From Octopus sinensis (taxonomy: Eukaryota): DNA of 27,924 nt. The translations under genes and the position numbers were made by a program. The stretch lies in the NCBI RefSeq assembly GCF_006345805.1, contig NW_021827521.1, positions 1 to 27,924 on the forward strand, given 5' to 3'. The notes beneath the pieces are model-generated. The model was not told where the DNA came from. It did no database searches and was given only the letters and a program-made list of their open reading frames with translations. Below, one piece after another: positions 11,151 to 23,237 of the stretch; position 1 is the stretch's first letter; each line of letters starts with the position of its first letter.

Positions 11151-11567
11151 CTCTTTACTCTTTTACTTGTTTCAGTCATTTGACTGCGGCCATGCTGGAG
11201 CACCGCCTTTAGTCGAGCAAATCGAGCCCGAGACTTACTCTTTGTAAGCTCAGTACTTATTCTATCGGTCTCTTTTGCCGAACCGCTAAGTGACGGGGAC
11301 GTAAACACACCAGCATCGGTTGTCAAGCAATGCTAGGGGGACAAACACAGACACAGACACACACACACATACACACACACACATATATATATATACATAT
11401 ATACGACGGGCTTCTTTCAGTTTCCGTCTACCAAATCCACTCACAAGGCATTGGTTGGCCCGGGGCTATAGTAGAAGACACTTGCGCAAGATGCCATGCA
11501 GTAGGACTGAACCCGGAACCATGTGGTTCGTAAGCAAGCTACTTACCACACAGCCACTCCTGCGCCT
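11151..11567 (-). mobile_element. Full-length SINE family C
   Basis: Head AGGCGCAGGAGTGGCTGTGTGG with B-box-like GGTTCAGTCC, internal (TA)/(TG) repeat and GTAAAAGAG tail. Confidence 0.92.
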
Positions 11568-11809
11568 GTTGTTATTTCTATTTATAATTTGTTGTTGCTG
11601 TTATTTGTCTGGTTTTACTTTTGGTTTGTCATTTCGTTTTTTGCTTATTTTTTCCTTTTGTATTGAAGATTTGTTGTTGTTGTTGTTGTTGTCGTTGTTG
11701 TTGTTGTTATTGTCTGTCGTAGTTAACAACAGACAGTAAATGTTTTAAATGGGTTTTAAGGTAAATATTTAAGCTTTTAAAAGAAAAATACGGAAGATCA
11801 GCTTGTGAG

Positions 11810-11830
11810 TTAGTGTGCGTTCATGCGTGT

Positions 11831-11869
<39 letters not shown>

Positions 11870-12196
11870 TGTGTGTGTGTGTGTGTGTTAGTGTGTGTGT
11901 GTGTGTGTGCGGACGTGCGTACGCGTGTGTGTATGTGTGAGTGTTTGTATGTGTGTGTTTGAATGTGTGTGCGTGCGTGCGTGTGTGTGTGAGTGTGTGT
12001 TTGTATTGGTATGTGAGTATGTGTGTGTGGGTGGGTGGGTGCCAGTATCTGTGTATATGTGTGGGTGCCTGCATATGTATTTATCTGTACATGTGTGTGT
12101 GTTGTATACGTTTGCTAGTGCGTGTACGTCCGTCTCTCTGTATGCACTGGATCTGTAGTTTGTTATTTGAGCTTTCATGCGTGCATATATGTCGAA

Positions 12197-12270
<74 letters not shown>

Positions 12271-12353
12271 CAAATAGATATATATATACCACACACACAT
12301 ATATATATATACACACACACACATATATATATACACACATAATATATACACAC

Positions 12354-12385
<32 letters not shown>

Positions 12386-12422
12386 ACATATATGTATATA
12401 CACAAATACATATATATACGTA

Positions 12423-12458
<36 letters not shown>

Positions 12459-12527
12459 TGTGTGTGTGTGTGGTGTTTGTATGTATTTATATATACACAT
12501 ACATACACACAGACAGTTTATATATAT

Positions 12528-12588
<61 letters not shown>

Positions 12589-12858
12589 TATATGTGTATG
12601 TGGTGTGTATATATAGAGGTGTGTGTGTGAGTGTATAATATATATATATTATAGATATATATGTGTTATATATATATGATATGTGTATATATAATATTAT
12701 TAAGATATATAGATAGATATATAGATATATAGATATAGATATATATATATATATTATTATATATATATATATATAATATATATATATATATATAAGTAGG
12801 TGAATGAATTATCCTATGTTTATCGTCAGCATGGAAAATTCGTTTATATATATATATA

Positions 12859-12906
<48 letters not shown>

Positions 12907-12917
12907 ATATATATAGA

Positions 12918-12951
<34 letters not shown>

Positions 12952-13100
12952 TATATGTATGTATATATATATACATATTCATTCGATATATATGTTGTGT
13001 ACATATATGCGTTTGTTTGAGCTTGTGTGTGTCTGGAAATGTATCTGGCTATATATGCATGAATTAGTCTGTCCATGTGTGCATACCACACACATACGCG
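11810..13100. repeat. Large compound (GT)n/(TA)n/(CA)n microsatellite field
   Basis: Direct inspection; source of many spurious ORFs. Confidence 0.95.
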
Positions 13101-13229
13101 CGCGCGCCAGTAAGATCAACGAGCTAATCTAGTGTTACTTAAGCATGCGAGGACCAATCACCGGACTAATATCGGGAATAAACAGAGACGCTCGGCTTAA
13201 TAACCGGTTGTTACTAAATATCTCCACCA

Positions 13230-13425
13230 ACACAATCAACATCGCCAGCGCCATCACCACATCACCACCATTACCTCCGTCACCGACGTCTTCGCCATCA
13301 CTGACGTCACTACCATCACCGTAGTCACCATCACCATCGCCATCACCCTCATCGCCCCCATCACAACAGCGCTGTCATCAACGTCATCATTATCACTGAC
13401 AAGACCATCAACACCATCGCATATT
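13230..13425. repeat. Degenerate (CAC/CAT)n trinucleotide repeat
   Basis: ATCACC/ACCATC units with scattered substitutions. Confidence 0.85.
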
Positions 13426-13456
13426 GTACTCAGCGACTGTCATACATATATATATA

Positions 13457-13505
<49 letters not shown>

Positions 13506-13772
13506 TATTATATATATTATATAGGTCTCTGTCATCGACGAATCATTCCACCCACCAAATTTCTGGCCTTGGATCAGAATTATTATAGTTTTGTGTTATA
13601 TTGCACCATGGTGCAGCCTTATGCAACATTGCACTGTATTGCACAATATTACAGTTTACTGCATCGAACTATATATCTATAGTATAGTATATAGTATATA
13701 TCTATACTATATCTATACCTTATCTATATCTATACTATATCTTTACTATACTATATCTATACTATACATATC

Positions 13773-14609
13773 TATATTATATTATATTATATAATTTATA
13801 TTATATTATAATTATATATTATATAATTATATATTATATTATATTTATATATTATATCATATATTATATTATTAATTATATAATTACATATTATATTATA
13901 TATTATATATATATATTTTATTATATTATATTATATATTATATAATTATATATTATATTATATATTATATATTATATATATTTATTATATTATATTATAT
14001 ATATCAATACATATTATATTATATTATATATTATATAATTATATATTATATTATATATTATATATTATATAATTATATATTATATATATATATATTATAT
14101 ATTTATATTTTATTATATTATATCATATTATATTATATTATATATTATATAAGTATATATTATATTATATATTATATTATATTATATTTTATTATATTAT
14201 ATTAATATTATATAATTATATATTATATTATATATTATATATTATATTATATTATATTTTATTATATTATATTATATTATATCATATCATATTATATGAT
14301 ATTATATATTATATAATTATATTTATATTATATATTATATTATATTTATTATATATATATATATATAATTATATATTATATTATATTATTATATTATATA
14401 TATATTATATTATATATATATAATTATATATTATATTATATATTATATTACATTATATTTTATTATATTATATTATATTATATATTATATATTATATATT
14501 ATATATTATATTATATTTATTTTATTATATTATATTATATTATATATTATAATATTATATATTATATTATATTATATTTATTATATTATATTATATATTA
14601 TATAATTAT
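13773..14609. repeat. Degenerate (TATAT)n/(TA)n pentanucleotide array, almost pure A/T
   Basis: About 835 bp with only about a dozen G/C bases by eye; grades into (CTATA)-like units at both ends. Confidence 0.95.
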
Positions 14610-14992
14610 CTATTATATTATATGTTATATCTATACTATACTATACTATATAGTATATATCTGTACTATATATCTATAGCATTGCATTGTTTTGCTATCT
14701 ATATTTTTTTCCTGATTTGCAGGTAGCTCTTAATAGTCTTACCTTTGTACGGCTTTCTGCAATAACATTAAATTAATGTCACAATATTTGTCTCTCTCCA
14801 CCCGCCTACCCAGCTTCCTTATACCAGACCTTGTGACACAACCTCATTGTTTATATGTTCAACACTTGATATTTGTGCAAATATTTTGATATTGTGTTAA
14901 GGCCGAATATTTACAATGAGTTCTATATTTTGCGCAATACTATATTAAGATACACTCCTATACACATTCTCACTGAATATTGTTGTTATTGC

Positions 14993-15026
<34 letters not shown>

Positions 15027-15268
15027 ATCAATATTTGCATTTCACTGCTGAGAGCTCTCAATTGTATTTGCCTCATTTAATTATGCAAAAGCGGACAACA
15101 ACCTGTTGCCAAGGGTCTCACATGGTCTCTTGCCACGATTCTTAACATCCAAATACCAATCTCAAAATCCTCGCTGTCTCCAATTGAGCAGTTTTGCTCT
15201 TTTTTTTTTTCTTTGAGCATGTTCTATCCTCATATAGATTCCATTTCCTCCGACATATTTCTCAAACA

Positions 15269-15269
<1 letters not shown>

Positions 15270-15332
<63 letters not shown>

Positions 15333-15354
15333 ATTATTATTAATATTATTATTA

Positions 15355-15420
<66 letters not shown>
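15270..15420. repeat. (TTA)n microsatellite
   Basis: Direct inspection; abuts a family B SINE head. Confidence 0.95.
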
Positions 15421-15421
<1 letters not shown>

Positions 15422-15636
15422 GGCGGCGAGCTGGCAGAAACGTTAGCACGCCGGGCTAAATGCGTAGCCGTATTTCGTCTGTCTTTACGTTCTGAGTTCA
15501 AATTTCACCAAGGTCGACTTTGCATTTCATTCTTTCGGAGTCGATGAATTAAGTACCAGTTGCGTACTGGGGTCGGTCTAATCGACTGGCCACTCCCCCA
15601 AAAATTTCGTGCCTTGTGCCTAGAGTAGAAAAGATT
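15420..15636 (+). mobile_element. Full-length tRNA-derived SINE, family B
   Basis: AAGGCGGCGAGCTGGCAG head, B-box-like GAGTTCAAAT and GCCTTGTGCCTAGAGTAGAAAAGATT end. Confidence 0.92.
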
Positions 15637-16041
15637 GAGCGAAGTATATCGTGAGTATATTTGCCACTTAAATGTGGCTAACCCTTAAGGGTGGATGCTA
15701 CTGTAACTTGTAGCCCCAGGAGGACACCTCCTTCAGCTGGCTATTGACACACTTTCTGTGCCCTATGAGTATTTGCAAAGTGAAGCCATCCTTCCCATCT
15801 TCAATCTGACATGATACATACGGACTCGAGTTTCTGGGTATTGACCCGTCATCAGCGTGTGACACTCACCGATTGCCGATGAAAAAGTGGGTTCCCCTTG
15901 CAAATATATATACTTTTTCCAGTGACGAAATGTCACTGATATCGAAAAAGTGTAAACAAGCAATAATAAATCTCTGAGCGAGGTATAAACAGTAGCTGCA
16001 CGACATAGTGAAGTATATTTGCCACTTAAGACATTTCGTCA
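15637..16041 (-). mobile_element. Retrozyme-like / Penelope pLTR-like unit (~358-bp period) carrying a hammerhead
   Basis: Terminal direct repeat AGTATATTTGCCACTTAA at 15654-15671 and 16012-16029, with GAGCGA(A/G)GTATA at 15637 and 15976. Hammerhead on the minus strand at 15817-15861. 12-bp inverted copy at 16030-16041 of 15923-15934. Confidence 0.65.
15817..15861 (-). ncRNA. Type I hammerhead ribozyme motif
   Basis: Minus strand reads CACACG CTGATGA C GGGT caat ACCC A GAA ACTCGAGT C CGTATG: stem I 5/6 bp, intact core, palindromic stem III, GUC cleavage triplet. Confidence 0.8.
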
Positions 16042-16136
16042 GTTGTTGTTGTTGTTGGTTGTTGTTGTTGTTGTTGTTGTTTTTGTTGTTGTTGTTGTTA
16101 CTGCTGCTGCTGCTGTTGTTGTTGTTGTTGTTGTTG

Positions 16137-16353
16137 AGGTTGCGAACTGGTAGAATCGTTAGCATGCCGGGCAAATTGCTTAGCGGCATTTCGTCCGTCT
16201 TTACGTTGAGTTTAAATTCCTCCGGGGTCGTCTTTGCCTTTCATCCTTTAGAGGTCGATAAATTAAGTACAAGTGAAACACTTAGGTCGATGTAATCGAA
16301 TAGCTCCCCTCCCCTAAAATTTCAGGCCTTGTGCCTTTAGTAGAAAGGATTAT
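16137..16353 (+). mobile_element. tRNA-derived SINE, family B
   Basis: Homologous to 15420-15636; preceded by (TTG)n at 16042-16136. Confidence 0.88.
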
Positions 16354-16734
16354 TGTAGTTGTAATTATTATTGTTTTGTTTCCTCCTTTGGTTAATTATT
16401 ATTTTTTGTAATTATTTACATATTCTTCCCAAAGACATTACCAAATATCATATATCTTCCTTTTCTAATTGAACAATTAATATTTTGCAATTCCTAGATT
16501 CTTCTCTTAATTAAAGAGTCACAGTAAATCATGTTCTATCTTTTAAAATAGTTATTGGGAAAAGCGCTTTTAAACAATTAGATGCAGTGCTTTACTTTTT
16601 TTTTTATTATTTGAGTAAAACTTTTTCTAATCATTTCTTGATAATCTGCGCAGTTTCTTCCAAGAAACAACAATTTTAATTTAGTATTAATAACATCTTA
16701 TTATGTAGTGTTGATATATTTAAACATTGATTTC

Positions 16735-16765
<31 letters not shown>

Positions 16766-17036
16766 TCTTATATAATTCTTATGAATTAACTCCGAAATTG
16801 GGACCGATACGATAATAACGAATTTTTTAGAAATTTTTATCGGCTTACTTCGAGACGTGTATTTATAGTGATAAATTATATGGTTATTGACAATTTGTTT
16901 ATTTTCGGCATATTTGGCATTAGAATTATTTCTTTTGCCCTTGTTTATAAGTTGTTTATAAATTTAACCTTTAAAGGTATTTTTTATATGCTGGCCATTG
17001 ATAAAATATTTTTTCGAAAAATGTTATCTTATATTA

Positions 17037-17102
<66 letters not shown>

Positions 17103-17870
17103 CAGCGTGCCATACTAAGATCATTCTTTTTGTTCAACAAATACTTAGGATGCGTTTCCCAGTTTAAATCTCATTTAAATCAAATAAAAAGGAGGTTGAT
17201 AGAATTTAGCTGTATTAATAATTGATTCATTACAAATATTTCATTGCATCGATGATTAATAGATTTGAGTTATAAAAAGAAATTAATTGCATTTTAAAGA
17301 GCTTTAAATGTTTCCATTTTTGTTCCGCGGTTTTACTGCAAAATAGAACAGAGCCTAACTTGATTTGATCGTGATTAAAAACGCGTGATGAACTAAATAG
17401 GTCAAGATCGTCATTAGCAAGACATGACAGAAAATATTCTGGAAAGAATAAGAATTAAATGGCAGAAACTGAAGACTCCTGTGGAATTCCTTGGACACAA
17501 TATTTTGTTTCACTTGTTTTCGTTTCATGAATCTTGTGTTCTGAAAACTTAGAAAACCTGAAATGCAATTACAAAGAGAATTGAACGATTTTTAACAGTA
17601 TTTATTTTTTAATTTCAGTATCATAGATTATCTGATCGCTGGTTCTCTTTCTGTTTAATCAGATTTTGAAAAAAAAAACTGGTTGATTTTGTGGGGTGGG
17701 GGCTATTTATGTTTATTGGACTTTTTTACAGAACTGACATTTCTACACATGGTTTTGTATTTCTGTTCATTTGAAATCCGAACTGAGATCGAAAGAAAAA
17801 ACATACTTCGATTCACCCGGAGAAGATAATCTAAAACCATAATTCTGTTCTAATATTTTACACAGATTTT

Positions 17871-17960
17871 GCATGCCGGGTGAAATGTTTAGCAGAGATT
17901 TTATCCGTCTTTAAGTTCTGAGTTCAAATTCCACCGAAGTCCACTTTGCATTTATCCTTT
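17871..17960 (+). mobile_element. SINE family B fragment
   Basis: GCATGCCGGGTGAAATG..GTTCTGAGTTCAAATTCCACCGAAG matches the family B body. Confidence 0.75.
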
Positions 17961-17961
17961 G

Positions 17962-18820
17962 CTTACTTTTTTTGCATGAGTTCAAGCTTGGGCACAATGC
18001 CTCCCAAACTGCTGCCAATATCAACAGAGTATTGGGAGAGGGGTCCACAAGTGATCGTCCAGTACGAAGGTAGTTTCAGAATTTCCGTAGTGGTGATGAG
18101 AACCTTGAAGATGAAGAAAGAAGAGGATGGTCACGCAGTCTTGCCAGTGAACAACAGGAAGCAATTGTTGAAGAAAACCCACGTCAAAGTGTCAGAGAAA
18201 TGTCTCAGGCAGTTGGCGTCGGTATTGCAACGGTCTCACGCAATCTGCAGAAGATTGGTAAGGTGAAAAAGCTCGATAAACGGGTACCGTAGGAGTCAAT
18301 GAAAGGGAAAAGGTTCGGCGTTTTGAAGTGTGCTCAATGCTCATTCTGCGAAACACCAATGATCCTTTTCTTGACCGAATAGTCACTTGTGACGAAAAGT
18401 GGATCCTTTATGATAACTGTAAACGATCAGGTCAATGGCTTGATCGTGATGAGTCCTTCAAACATTTCCCAAAGCCAAAATTGCATCAGCAAAAGATTAT
18501 GGTGACTGTCTGGCGGTCTGCGATTAATGTTGTCCAATACAGCTTTCTGGAAGCTAATCGGAGAATTACAGCAGAGGTTTACTGCAATCAACTTGCTGAA
18601 ATGCATGCTCACTTGCAAACAATGAGATTTGCAATGGTGAATCGGCGTCGCTCAATTCTGCTCCACGATAATGCAAAGCCACCTGTTGCAAGAATGATGC
18701 TGCAGAAACTCACAGACATCGGATACGAGACTTTACCACATCCTCCATATCCTCCTGATCTTTCACTCACTGATTACTATTTTTTAAGCATTTAAACACG
18801 TTTTAAGTGATAAAAATTTC
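17962..18820 (+). pseudogene. Truncated mariner transposase pseudogene (cecropia/Hsmar1-like, DD34D)
   Basis: LHEFKLGHNASQTAANIN, FRSGDENLEDEER, K(R/W)VP*E, FLDRIVTCDEKWILYDN, LLHDNAKP and HPPYPPDLSLTDY, with stops and a frameshift near 18295. No TIRs found. Confidence 0.92.
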
Positions 18821-18821
18821 C

Positions 18822-19128
18822 GTGTGTGTGTGTGTGTGTATATGTGTGTGTGTATGCGTGTGTGAGTGAGTGAGTGTGTGTGAGAGAGTGTGTGCGTGTG
18901 AGTGTGTGTGTGTGAGTGAGTGTGTGTGTGAATGAGTGTGTGTGTGAGTGTGTGCGTGTGAGTGTGTGTGTGTGTGTGTGTGAGTGAGTGTGTGTGTGAA
19001 TGTGTGTGTGTGTGTGAGTGAGTGTGTGTGTGTGTGTCAGTGAGTGTGTGTGTGTCAGTGAGTGAGTGCGTGTGTGTGTGTGAGTGAGTGAGTGAGTGTG
19101 TGTGAGTGAGTGTGTGTGTGTGTGTGTG
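18822..19128. repeat. (GT)n/(GAGT)n microsatellite
   Basis: Direct inspection; continuous with a family C SINE 3' half. Confidence 0.95.
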
Positions 19129-19318
19129 TTCCTCACCACCGTTTGGCAACCGGTGTTGGTGTGTTTACATCTCGGAAAATTAGCGGTTCGGCCTTAAGAG
19201 ACCGATAGAATAAGTATCAGGTTTTGAAAAAAAGATTTAAATTATTGAAAACTCTTCAAAGCTATGCCCCAGCATGGCCGCAGTCTAATAGCAGAAACAA
19301 GTAAAACAAAAGCAAAAT
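19118..19318 (+). mobile_element. SINE family C, 3' half
   Basis: GGCAACCGGTGTTGGTGTGTTTACATC, GACCGATAGAATAAGTA and CCCCAGCATGGCCGCAGTC..GAAACAAGTAAAA. Confidence 0.85.
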
Positions 19319-19581
19319 CTGTGGAATACTCAGTCACTTATACACTGAACAAATAATTCCACTAAAACAAATAATTCCACTAATCTAATAACTGAATCTT
19401 TATCGTCGAATCCGACGAAGATACATTGGCTGTATTGCAATGTATTGCATCGCCGCAAGCTATACTGTACTTTAAAAACAGACACCCACCATGCAACTGC
19501 AATTTGGTATTTCAACTGCAATTTGGGAAGTCCATGGGAATAGAGAAGGAGTGACGTAGGAAAATATTTGTTTTTAATTAA

Positions 19582-19940
19582 CAGAGAAAGAAAGAAAGAA
19601 AGGAAGGAAGGAAGAAAGAAAGAGAGAAAGAATAGTACCATGACGTCATACTAAGTTTCGAACTCGTATTGTTTCGTATTTCGTTTATATTTCTGGATCT
19701 CGAATATCAATTAGGAAGGGGAGTTTGAAGACAGATGGGGTAAAAGAAAACCATTTCCTCTCTCTCTCTATCTATCTATCTCTCTCTCTCTCGCTCTTTC
19801 TCTCTCTCTCTCTCTCTCTATCATTCTATCTATCTATCTTTCTCTTTCTGTCTCTCTCTTTCCATCTCTCTCTCGCTCTCTCTCTTTCATATAGATAGAT
19901 AGACAGACAGCCAAACAGACAGACAGACAGACAGAGACAC
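19582..19940. repeat. (GAAA)n, (CT)n/(CTAT)n and (CAGA)n simple repeats
   Basis: Direct inspection. Confidence 0.85.
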
Positions 19941-20389
19941 AGAATTTGCCTTGTGGTAAGGAATCTAATTTACTGCCCAAGAATGTCCTTCGTTCTCGGC
20001 TGAATTAAAGTTTATTTATTTAGGCAAAATTCCTTCCAAAACCTCAATCAAAACAGCCATTAATCTTTAATCAAGCACAACCAATTAATCAAAAAATAAA
20101 ATCATAATAAAACAACATAATAAAAACAATATAAATATAATAGACAACAAAAATATATATAGAAACCGATATATTAAAAGAAAAACTATTTGCATTTCAT
20201 TTGAAAGATCTCTCTCCGAGAATGTTAGAAAGACTAACGGACATTTAAATAGACATCAAAGGTGAGAGAATAATTAATTGACATTTTTTTTAAATACAAA
20301 GAATTTAAAGAATAATAATTATAAATTAAAAATATATAATTTCTCGATGTCTCACCTGGGCATTCGGCCAAACGGAAGGGTGACATGGG

Positions 20390-20620
20390 ACGAGAGAAGA
20401 AGAGATGAGTAGAGAGGAGTGGAGAAGGAGATGGGAGAGGGAGGAGAAAAGGGAGGTCGGGAGGAGAGAAGGATGGAGGGATGTACTAAAGGAGGGGGAG
20501 AAGGGAGGATGAGAGGATGGGAGGAGTGCGAAGGGGGGAGGAGGAAATGGAGGTGAGAAGAGAGATAGGAGAGAGGAGTGAGAGGAGGTAGGAGAAGGGA
20601 GGGAGGGAGAGGAAGGTGAG
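20390..20620. repeat. Polypurine GA-rich low-complexity tract
   Basis: GGAGA/GAGG units; gives the Pro/Ser/Leu-rich tail of ORF 20352..20942. Confidence 0.9.
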
Positions 20621-20699
20621 AATCTCGTTTTAAGTGTCTCAGGAGAATTATCAGGATTTTCTGATACTGAAGAGGAAGCATCAGAAATGGAGAATTTTT

Positions 20700-21285
20700 T
20701 GGGTCCCTTTTTTTAGAGAAACTCGTCCTTAGCGTCCATATGTCGTACGCCTGCAACGCATTGATGACACTAGAACGAAAATCTTTCAGATAAAGCTCCA
20801 GTTCTCTAGCTACCCTACCACTCTTGTCCAGGAAGCTTGTGTTATTGTCAGTCCGTTGTGTTCTTTGCTTACTTCTTGACCGATTACCTTCTTCTCTTCT
20901 TGCCATATTAGGTGAGCCTTTACTTTTAAAGAAACTAGCCATGATGAACTACCGCAGGTTATTTTTCTGCAACACTTTATCAGTAAACTAACATCTGCCT
21001 GGACATCGTCTTTGAAAGGGTGATACATTCCCGCAATATTTATGAGCTGATGTCTGAAACAAAAAGTCGTTCAGTTCTTTTCCTGATATGTTTCTTCCTC
21101 ATTCCTCCTCAGCTTCCACTCGTGGCATCGATTATTTTAAAGATTAATCATGGAGGGTCAGAGCCAACGACTCTTTATTTCTTCAGACAGATGGAAGGGA
21201 GGAAGTTACTCTTAAACCAGAGACCTGGCTTAAATACTTGTAGCAGAATGAATTCCTCAGAAGGCTCCTAAGAACTCCTCTGGGC

Positions 21286-21318
<33 letters not shown>

Positions 21319-21613
21319 TCACAAAACTCCACCTGGTCTTTTTCTGTAGCCTCGACATGTCCAACAACATGTCGAACGAGTTTTGTAAGGATTCGAAACA
21401 ACCCATGCTTGCAATAAATTTTATTGACTTTGCATCTGGTCCTAGAAGTATTTCTCCCAAGTCGTTCATACAAATATTTTATTCTTTGAATTACCAGTTT
21501 ATTGTTTGATTTTTTGAGAAATTCGGTAGTTTCCCTGATGTTCATTTTGTCATAAACTCGCCACAAATGTAACAAAAGTTGTGTGGGCTTGCAACACATC
21601 TTCTAGAAGACGT
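20700..21613 (-). pseudogene. Chapaev3-like (CMC superfamily) transposase relic, N-terminal half
   Basis: Across frames: (ACG)SSRRCVASPHNFCYICGEFMTK, RETTEFLKK, YF..AW..P..TCCWTCR, NSFCYKYLSQVSG, ISGKELNDF and LQKNNL. These parallel Chapaev3 C..P..FCY.CGE, WAPH.CC.TC, DCYFC..VSG and ELNDL motifs from recall. Many stops and frameshifts and an inserted poly(T). Confidence 0.65.
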
Positions 21614-21859
21614 CCTTGCTTCAAATGATGTGGAATTGTCCAAGGAAAGGGGAAAAGTGGGAAATTTTAACGGCTATTCAGAGATTTTTCATATCGCTAC
21701 ATCAAATACAAGTATCATTAAGTCAGCCTGTATCGTTTGTTACGGATTTGCAATAGAGATTTGACCAATCTCTATTCCGCACCAAAATCATTTCAATTGA
21801 CACTACTTCCTTTCTTAGTAAATAATCTTTCTCTATATTTCCACTACGATTTCTTTTGT

Positions 21860-22250
21860 GGTGGTGGAAGCACTCCGTCGGTTACGACGATGAGGGTTCC
21901 GGTTGATCCGATCAACGGAACAGCCTGCTCGTGAAATTAACGTGTAAGTGGCTGAGCACTCCACAGACACGTGTACCCTTAACGTAGTTCTCGGGGATAT
22001 TCAGCGTGACACAGAGAGTGACAAGGCCGGCCCTTTTGAAATACAGGTACAACAGAAACAGGAAGTAAGAGTGAGAGAAAGTTGTGGTGAAGGAGTACAG
22101 CAGGGATCACCACCATCCCCTGCCGGATCCTCGTGGAGCTTTTCGGTGTTTTCGCTCAATAAACACTCACAACGCCCGGTCTGGGAATCGAAACTGCGAT
22201 CCTATGACCGCGAGTCCGCTGCCCTAACCACTGGGCCATTGCGCCTCCAC
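21860..22250 (-). mobile_element. tRNA-derived SINE, family D
   Basis: Closely similar to 10500-10895. Possible 9-bp TSD TTCTTTTGT at 21851-21859 and 22257-22265. Confidence 0.92.
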
Positions 22251-22284
22251 CTGATGTTCTTTTGTACAACTTTGTTCTCGCTGT

Positions 22285-22535
22285 GGAGGTGCGTGGCTGA
22301 GTGGTTAGAGGTATTGGACTCATGACCGTAAGATTATCGTTTCGATTCCCAGACCAGGAGACACGATGTCTTCTTGAGCAACACATTTCTTTTCACGTTG
22401 CACCAGTCAACCCCAGTTGGCAAAAATGAGTAATCCTGCGACGGACTGGCGTTCCGTCCAGGTGGAGGTGAATATATGCGCCATGGAAACCGACTCAATG
22501 AATCTATATGATCCAGGAAGGAACTTTATTTTTAC
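22285..22535 (+). mobile_element. tRNA-derived SINE, family A
   Basis: A box TGGCTGAGTGG and B box GTTTCGATTCC; homologous to 1064-1312. Confidence 0.85.
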
Positions 22536-23154
22536 TACTTGCTTTCGGTATGATGGATATAATCATTAAAGAAAGAAAGAAAGAAATAACAATACAAACT
22601 TCTCCTGGTTCTGCCTCGGATTGAATAACAAACGAGAATAATATCGCAAAACGGAAGAGACACGTAATTGGCTCAGAAATTATTTTGTTTCAATGAGTAG
22701 CAACTAAAAGGGAAAATAGATTGGTATTCTTCAGCGGTGATCAATTGATATGAGGTGAGTGGAAGTAGGAGCGACCTTTCTTTACGAGAGATTTTAATTT
22801 GTTATTTTGGTGTAGAAACCGTTCGTTGGTCTAATTTTAATAGCGTGTCAAACGAGTTGCTTTTAATTTAGGAACAAGGTCAATAATTTGAGAGGAAGGG
22901 ATTAATGTATTACCAGTAGTTCTCAAAAGTCCGTATTAAATTTTGTCGCTAGAATTTTTGTGGAATAGATTGGTTATACTTATACATTTGGATTCAGAAT
23001 TTAGAGAGCGTGGGCAGTTAGCACAAAGCATTCCAATCTACGATCTACCGACTTTACCGACTTGACAGTTTTAGCGTTGACAAATTATTGGAAGAATCTT
23101 CGATGTGATTTACGTCACTGTTACGTCTCTCACAGACACACAAACACACACACA

Positions 23155-23210
<56 letters not shown>

Positions 23211-23237
23211 TATATACAAACCAACATATATACATAC

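Noticed and set aside
14743-14756. 14-nt minus-strand microexon (TTATTGCAG|AAAGCCGTACAAAG|GTAAGA)
   Set aside because: The splice signals are good but such matches are common in AT-rich DNA, an equally good plus-strand acceptor lies at 14722, and no host gene is supported.
19400-19455. CCGACGA plus ATAC/GTAT stem as a hammerhead
   Set aside because: GCAA instead of GAAA, and no coherent stem I or III.
20352-20942. 196-aa ORF as a host gene
   Set aside because: Its N-terminal half continues the transposase relic frame and its C-terminal half is a GA-rich low-complexity tract.
21020-21500. Plus-strand resemblance to L1/Tx1 RT (N.RP..LNT, AINFIDF)
   Set aside because: Spacing is wrong and key motifs (PGPDG, KAFD, QG, YADD) are absent. 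The minus strand gives a more coherent ordered series of Chapaev3-like motifs.
22735-22760. Perfect donor GAG|GTGAGT with a nearby acceptor
   Set aside because: The 20-nt candidate exon has stops in all three frames and there is no other support.
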